Source: Acidobacteriota bacterium
Lineage (GTDB): Bacteria > Acidobacteriota > Vicinamibacteria > Vicinamibacterales > JAENWD01
Length of the DNA stretch: 36,181 nucleotides
Reading direction: 5' to 3'
Assembly: GCA_046731935.1 (NCBI GenBank)
Contig: JBKPMA010000287.1
Coordinates: 1-36,181, forward strand
A program made the position numbers and the translations under genes. The notes under the pieces were generated by a model, which was not told the origin of the DNA, did not search any database, and saw only the letters and a program-made list of their open reading frames with translations. Below, piece after piece: positions 30,996-36,181 of the stretch. Positions within the stretch are counted from its first letter, which is position 1, and each line of letters begins with the position of its first letter.

Positions 30996-31879
30996 CTGCT
31001 CGCACCGCGACCATCGCCGTCGTCCAGATGGCCATGACGGCTGACACGGCACGGAACGTCGACCGCGCCATCGCGTTCGTGAAAGACGCAGCGGCTCGGG
31101 GCGCCGGGCTCGTCCTGCTCCCGGAGCTGTTCGAGAACCTGTACTGGTGCCAGGTGCAGCAGGAACGTTTCTTCGCGACGGCACATCCGGTCGCCGGCCA
31201 CCCGTTCCTGGCCCGCTTTGCGGCACTCGCTTGCGAGCTCGGCGTCGTGCTCCCCGTCAGCTTCTTCGAACGGGACGGCCAGGCGCACTACAACAGCCTC
31301 GCCATGATCGATCGGACCGGCGACATTCTCGGCGTGTACCGGAAATCGCATATCCCTGACGGCCCGGGCTACATGGAGAAGTACTACTTCAACCCGGGCG
31401 ACACCGGATTCAAGGCCTTCACGACGGGCGCCGGCACGGTGGGCGCGGCGATCTGCTGGGATCAGTGGTATCCGGAAACGGCGCGCGCGATGACCCTGCT
31501 CGGCGCCGAGATTCTGCTCTACCCAACGGCCATCGGATCGGAGCCTGACGAGGCGGGCGCGATCGATACCGCCGCGCTCTGGCGCCGCGCCATGATCGGC
31601 CACGCGGTGTCGAACTCCTGCTACCTGGCGGCGGCGAACCGCGTGGGGCTCGAACGGATCGACGGGCACGAGCAGACCTACTACGGCACGAGCTTCATTG
31701 CCGACTATCGGGGCGAGATCGTGACGGAGGCCGACCGGACCGAAGAAACCGTGCTCGTCGCCACGCTCGATCTCGCGGCGGCCCAGTCGTTCCGCGCGGG
31801 CATGGGCTTCTTCCGCGATCGGCGGCCGGATCTCTACGCGCCGCTGCTGACCTCCGACGGCCGTACGCGGCGCTCCTGA
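30992..31879 (+). CDS. aguB: N-carbamoylputrescine amidase (nitrilase-superfamily C-N hydrolase)
   Basis: Blocks are VVQMA, LPELF (catalytic Glu), YRKSHIPDGPGYMEKYYFNPGDTGF and AICWDQWYPE (catalytic Cys). It overlaps the aguA stop as ATGA (30992-30995). Confidence 0.85.
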   Translation: MTARTATIAVVQMAMTADTARNVDRAIAFVKDAAARGAGLVLLPELFENLYWCQVQQERFFATAHPVAGHPFLARFAALACELGVVLPVSFFERDGQAHYNSLAMIDRTGDILGVYRKSHIPDGPGYMEKYYFNPGDTGFKAFTTGAGTVGAAICWDQWYPETARAMTLLGAEILLYPTAIGSEPDEAGAIDTAALWRRAMIGHAVSNSCYLAAANRVGLERIDGHEQTYYGTSFIADYRGEIVTEADRTEETVLVATLDLAAAQSFRAGMGFFRDRRPDLYAPLLTSDGRTRRS

Positions 31880-31940
31880 TCGCCGGCGCGCTTTCCACTC
31901 CGTCAGCGCGGCGACGCGGGCAGCGCTCCTTTGTCCGCGT

Positions 31941-31972
31941 TTGACAAAACTAAACCGTTCAGTCTAGTTTAG
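31941..31972 (+). promoter_or_regulatory. AT-rich candidate promoter TTGACA-N18-TAGTTT overlapped by an inverted repeat (AAACTAAAC ... CTAGTTTAG), a possible TetR operator
   Basis: TTGACA lies at 31941-31946 and TAGTTT at 31965-31970. CTAAAC (31950-31955) pairs with GTTTAG (31967-31972). AAACTA (31947-31952) pairs with TAGTTT (31965-31970). The site is 15 nt upstream of the ABC ATPase ATG. Confidence 0.45.
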
Positions 31973-31985
31973 AAACCATCACGCC

Positions 31986-32789
31986 ATGGCCGACCCCATC
32001 ATCCGCGTCGAGCAGCTCACGAAGACGTTCGGGACCTTCGAAGCCGTCAAAGGGGTGTCCTTCGACATCACCCGGGGCGAGATCTTCGCGTTCCTCGGCC
32101 CGAACGGCGCCGGCAAGACCACGACCATCAAGATGATGACCACGCTGCTCCGCCCGACCGGCGGCAGAATCCTCATCGACGGCCTCGACCCGGTGACCCA
32201 CCCACACGAGGTGCGGTCGCGCTTCGGCATCGTCTTCCAAGATCCCAGTCTCGACGCCGACCTGACCGCCGCCGAAAATATGGAGGTCCATGGGCTTCTC
32301 TACAAGGTGCCGCGCAAGCTCCGGCTCGAGCGGACCGAGCGGCTGCTCCGCGTCTTCGAGCTGTGGGATCGCAAAGACACGCTGGTGAAGCAGTTCTCCG
32401 GCGGGATGAAGCGGCGGCTCGAGATTGCCCGCGGCTTTCTCCACACACCGCAGATCATCTTTCTCGACGAGCCGACACTGGGACTCGACCCGCAGAGCCG
32501 CAACCAGCTGTGGACGCAGGTGCGCCATCTGAACGAGACCGAACACGTCACCGTGTTCCTCACGACGCATTACATGGACGAAGCGGATCGGGTCGCGCAC
32601 CGGATCGCGGTCATCGATCATGGCGCCGTCGTCGCGCAGGGCACGTCGCAGGAGCTGCGCGCCCAGACGTCCACCGAGTCGCTCGAGGACGCGTTCCTCG
32701 CGCTGACAGGATCGTCAATCCGTGATGAGACGGCCTCGTCCGCCGATCAGATGCGGCAGGTCGCCGCGATGTGGAGGCGTCCGCGATGA
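31986..32789 (+). CDS. ABC transporter ATP-binding protein (DrrA/ABC-2 exporter type)
   Basis: Walker A is GPNGAGKTT, the signature is SGGMKRRL, and Walker B is IIFLDEPTLGLD. It is a single-domain ATPase. Confidence 0.9.
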   Translation: MADPIIRVEQLTKTFGTFEAVKGVSFDITRGEIFAFLGPNGAGKTTTIKMMTTLLRPTGGRILIDGLDPVTHPHEVRSRFGIVFQDPSLDADLTAAENMEVHGLLYKVPRKLRLERTERLLRVFELWDRKDTLVKQFSGGMKRRLEIARGFLHTPQIIFLDEPTLGLDPQSRNQLWTQVRHLNETEHVTVFLTTHYMDEADRVAHRIAVIDHGAVVAQGTSQELRAQTSTESLEDAFLALTGSSIRDETASSADQMRQVAAMWRRPR

Positions 32790-33532
32790 CGGCGGTGTAT
32801 GTGCTCTGGCTTCGTGAGCTCCGGCGGTATACGCGGTCGCGCGTGCAGATCGTCGCGTCGCTAGGTCAGCCGATGCTGTACCTGCTCGCCCTGGGTTTTG
32901 GTCTCGGACCGACCTTTCAGAAAGCTGGCAACGGCAGCTACATGCAGTTCGTGGCGCCGGGCGTGATCGGCATGACGATCCTGTTTTCCGCCGTGTTTTC
33001 TGGCATCGGTCTGCTCTGGGATCGTCAGTTCGGGTTCCTGAAAGAGACTCTCGTGGCGCCTGTTCCGCGTCTCCATATCATGCTCGGCAAGACGCTCGGC
33101 GGCGCGAACGTCGCGTTCCTCCAGGGGCTGCTGATGTTCGCGATCTCGTACCTCGTCGGATTCCGGCCCGTGAGCGTGGTGTCCATCCCAATCGGCCTCG
33201 GTTTCATGGCGCTCATCGCGATCGTGTTCGCCGCGCTCGGTACGGCCATCGGATCCGTACTGCAGGACATGCAGGGATTCCAGCTCACGATGAACTTCCT
33301 CGTGATGCCGATCTTCTTCCTCTCCGGCGCGCTCTACCCGCTTGGCGGATTGCCGACCGCCATGGCGGTGGTAACGTGGCTGGATCCGCTGGCGTACGGC
33401 GTGGACGGCCTGCGGTCGGCGTTCATCGCCACGTCGCACTTCGGAATGGCTGTGGATGTCGCCGCGCTGGCGGCGTTCGGCACGGCCCTTCTGGCGCTCG
33501 GAAGCTGGCTGTTCTCGCGTATCGAAATCTGA
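32786..33532 (+). CDS. ABC-2 type transporter permease
   Basis: ORF 32771-33532, with start preferred at ATG 32786, which overlaps the ATPase stop as ATGA. The N-terminus is LWLRELRRYTRSR, followed by 6 hydrophobic segments typical of ABC-2 permeases. Confidence 0.8.
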   Translation: MTAVYVLWLRELRRYTRSRVQIVASLGQPMLYLLALGFGLGPTFQKAGNGSYMQFVAPGVIGMTILFSAVFSGIGLLWDRQFGFLKETLVAPVPRLHIMLGKTLGGANVAFLQGLLMFAISYLVGFRPVSVVSIPIGLGFMALIAIVFAALGTAIGSVLQDMQGFQLTMNFLVMPIFFLSGALYPLGGLPTAMAVVTWLDPLAYGVDGLRSAFIATSHFGMAVDVAALAAFGTALLALGSWLFSRIEI

Positions 33533-33536
33533 TCGC

Positions 33537-34174
33537 ATGGCCCGCCGACGCAGCCCACGCGTGCACGAGCGAGTGCTCGAAGCGGCGCTCGCGCTGTTCG
33601 CCAAACGCGGGATTGTCGGCACCAGCATGGACGCGGTCGCGGAAGCATCAGGCGTCAGCAAGGCGACGATCTACAACCACTGGGCCGACAAGGACGCGCT
33701 TTGCCTCGAAGCGCTCGGGCGGCTCCATGGCCTCGACGACGTCCCGCCTCCGGTGGACTCGGGCGACCTCCAGCGCGATCTCACGGAGATCCTCGCCTAT
33801 CAGCCGGCCAGCGCGCGGCGCCAGGCGCTCCAGAAAGAGATCTGGCCGCATCTGATGGCCTACGCGGCACAGAACCGCGACTTCGGCGACGCGTGGCGGC
33901 GGACCGTCATGAAGCCCGCACGCGATCGGCTCGCGACACGCATCACGCACGCAATCACACGTGGCGAGGTGCCGCCGGACGTCCATATCGACGTTGCGGT
34001 CGCGATGCTCATCGGTCCGCTCATGTACCGACATGCCTTCGCGGCGGTCCATGGCGGACTGCCAGAGAACATGCCGGCACTCCTGGCCGGCGCCTTCTGC
34101 CGTGCGTTTGCCGCCGTCGAGCGGCCACGCGCCGGCGTGCTGCGACCGCGCCGGCGTGCCACCGGGAGGCGCAG

Positions 34175-34178
<4 letters not shown>
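33537..34178 (+). CDS. TetR/AcrR family transcriptional regulator
   Basis: ORF 33456-34178, trimmed to ATG 33537 (4 nt after the permease stop). The N-terminal HTH is RVLEAALALFAKRGIVGTSMDAVAEASGVSKATIYNHWADKDAL. Confidence 0.85.

Positions 34179-36181
<2,003 letters not shown>

Overview
This is a GC-rich (about two-thirds G+C by eye), densely packed bacterial chromosomal window with about 30 genes. Most are housekeeping or metabolic.

Gene order:
- Partial valS (my own translation; it is absent from the ORF track).
- A response regulator with an unknown C-terminal module.
- A split B12-dependent acyl-CoA mutase with isobutyryl-CoA-mutase-type specificity residues.
- Glutamate dehydrogenase.
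- A Tat-exported GH99-like protein, followed by an unknown secreted protein.
- An exported amidohydrolase / GH172 (DUF2961) / ADP-ribosylglycohydrolase-like operon. It lies divergent from a ribose-type ABC (binding protein plus permease, no ATPase) / ribokinase / Gfo-Idh-MocA operon.
- A cytoplasmic PAS hybrid histidine kinase.
- An SDR gene coupled to a LarA-like gene.
- An ABC-F ATPase, then clpS-clpA.
- A RodZ-like HTH protein and an SSS transporter.
- An unknown 555-aa protein.
- aguA-aguB.
- A translationally coupled ABC-2 exporter / TetR / unknown protein operon.
- Partial glpK.

I see no rRNA, tRNA, CRISPR array, transposase, integrase, phage gene or recognisable defence or toxin module. 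I cannot point to a clear-cut new multi-gene system.

The signals not explained by ordinary annotation are:
1. A family of short tandem repeats with a G-N-N-TTC / GGTTC core. In three intergenic arrays the period is 7 nt (one array also has a 6-nt block). Inside three genes (clpA, mutase large subunit, response regulator) the periods are 6, 9 and 18 nt, which preserve the reading frame.
2. -10-like hexamers lie 6-9 nt upstream of the start codon at five operon heads, which suggests widespread leaderless mRNAs.
3. A furanoside- or ribose-centred locus combines a secreted ARH-family protein, GH172, ribose-type import and ribokinase. Its ABC ATPase is missing and its permease lacks a canonical start codon.
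4. Several proteins have no recognisable family: 7506-8762, 28248-29915 and 34175-35170.

All functional calls come from motif recognition by eye. No database search was run.
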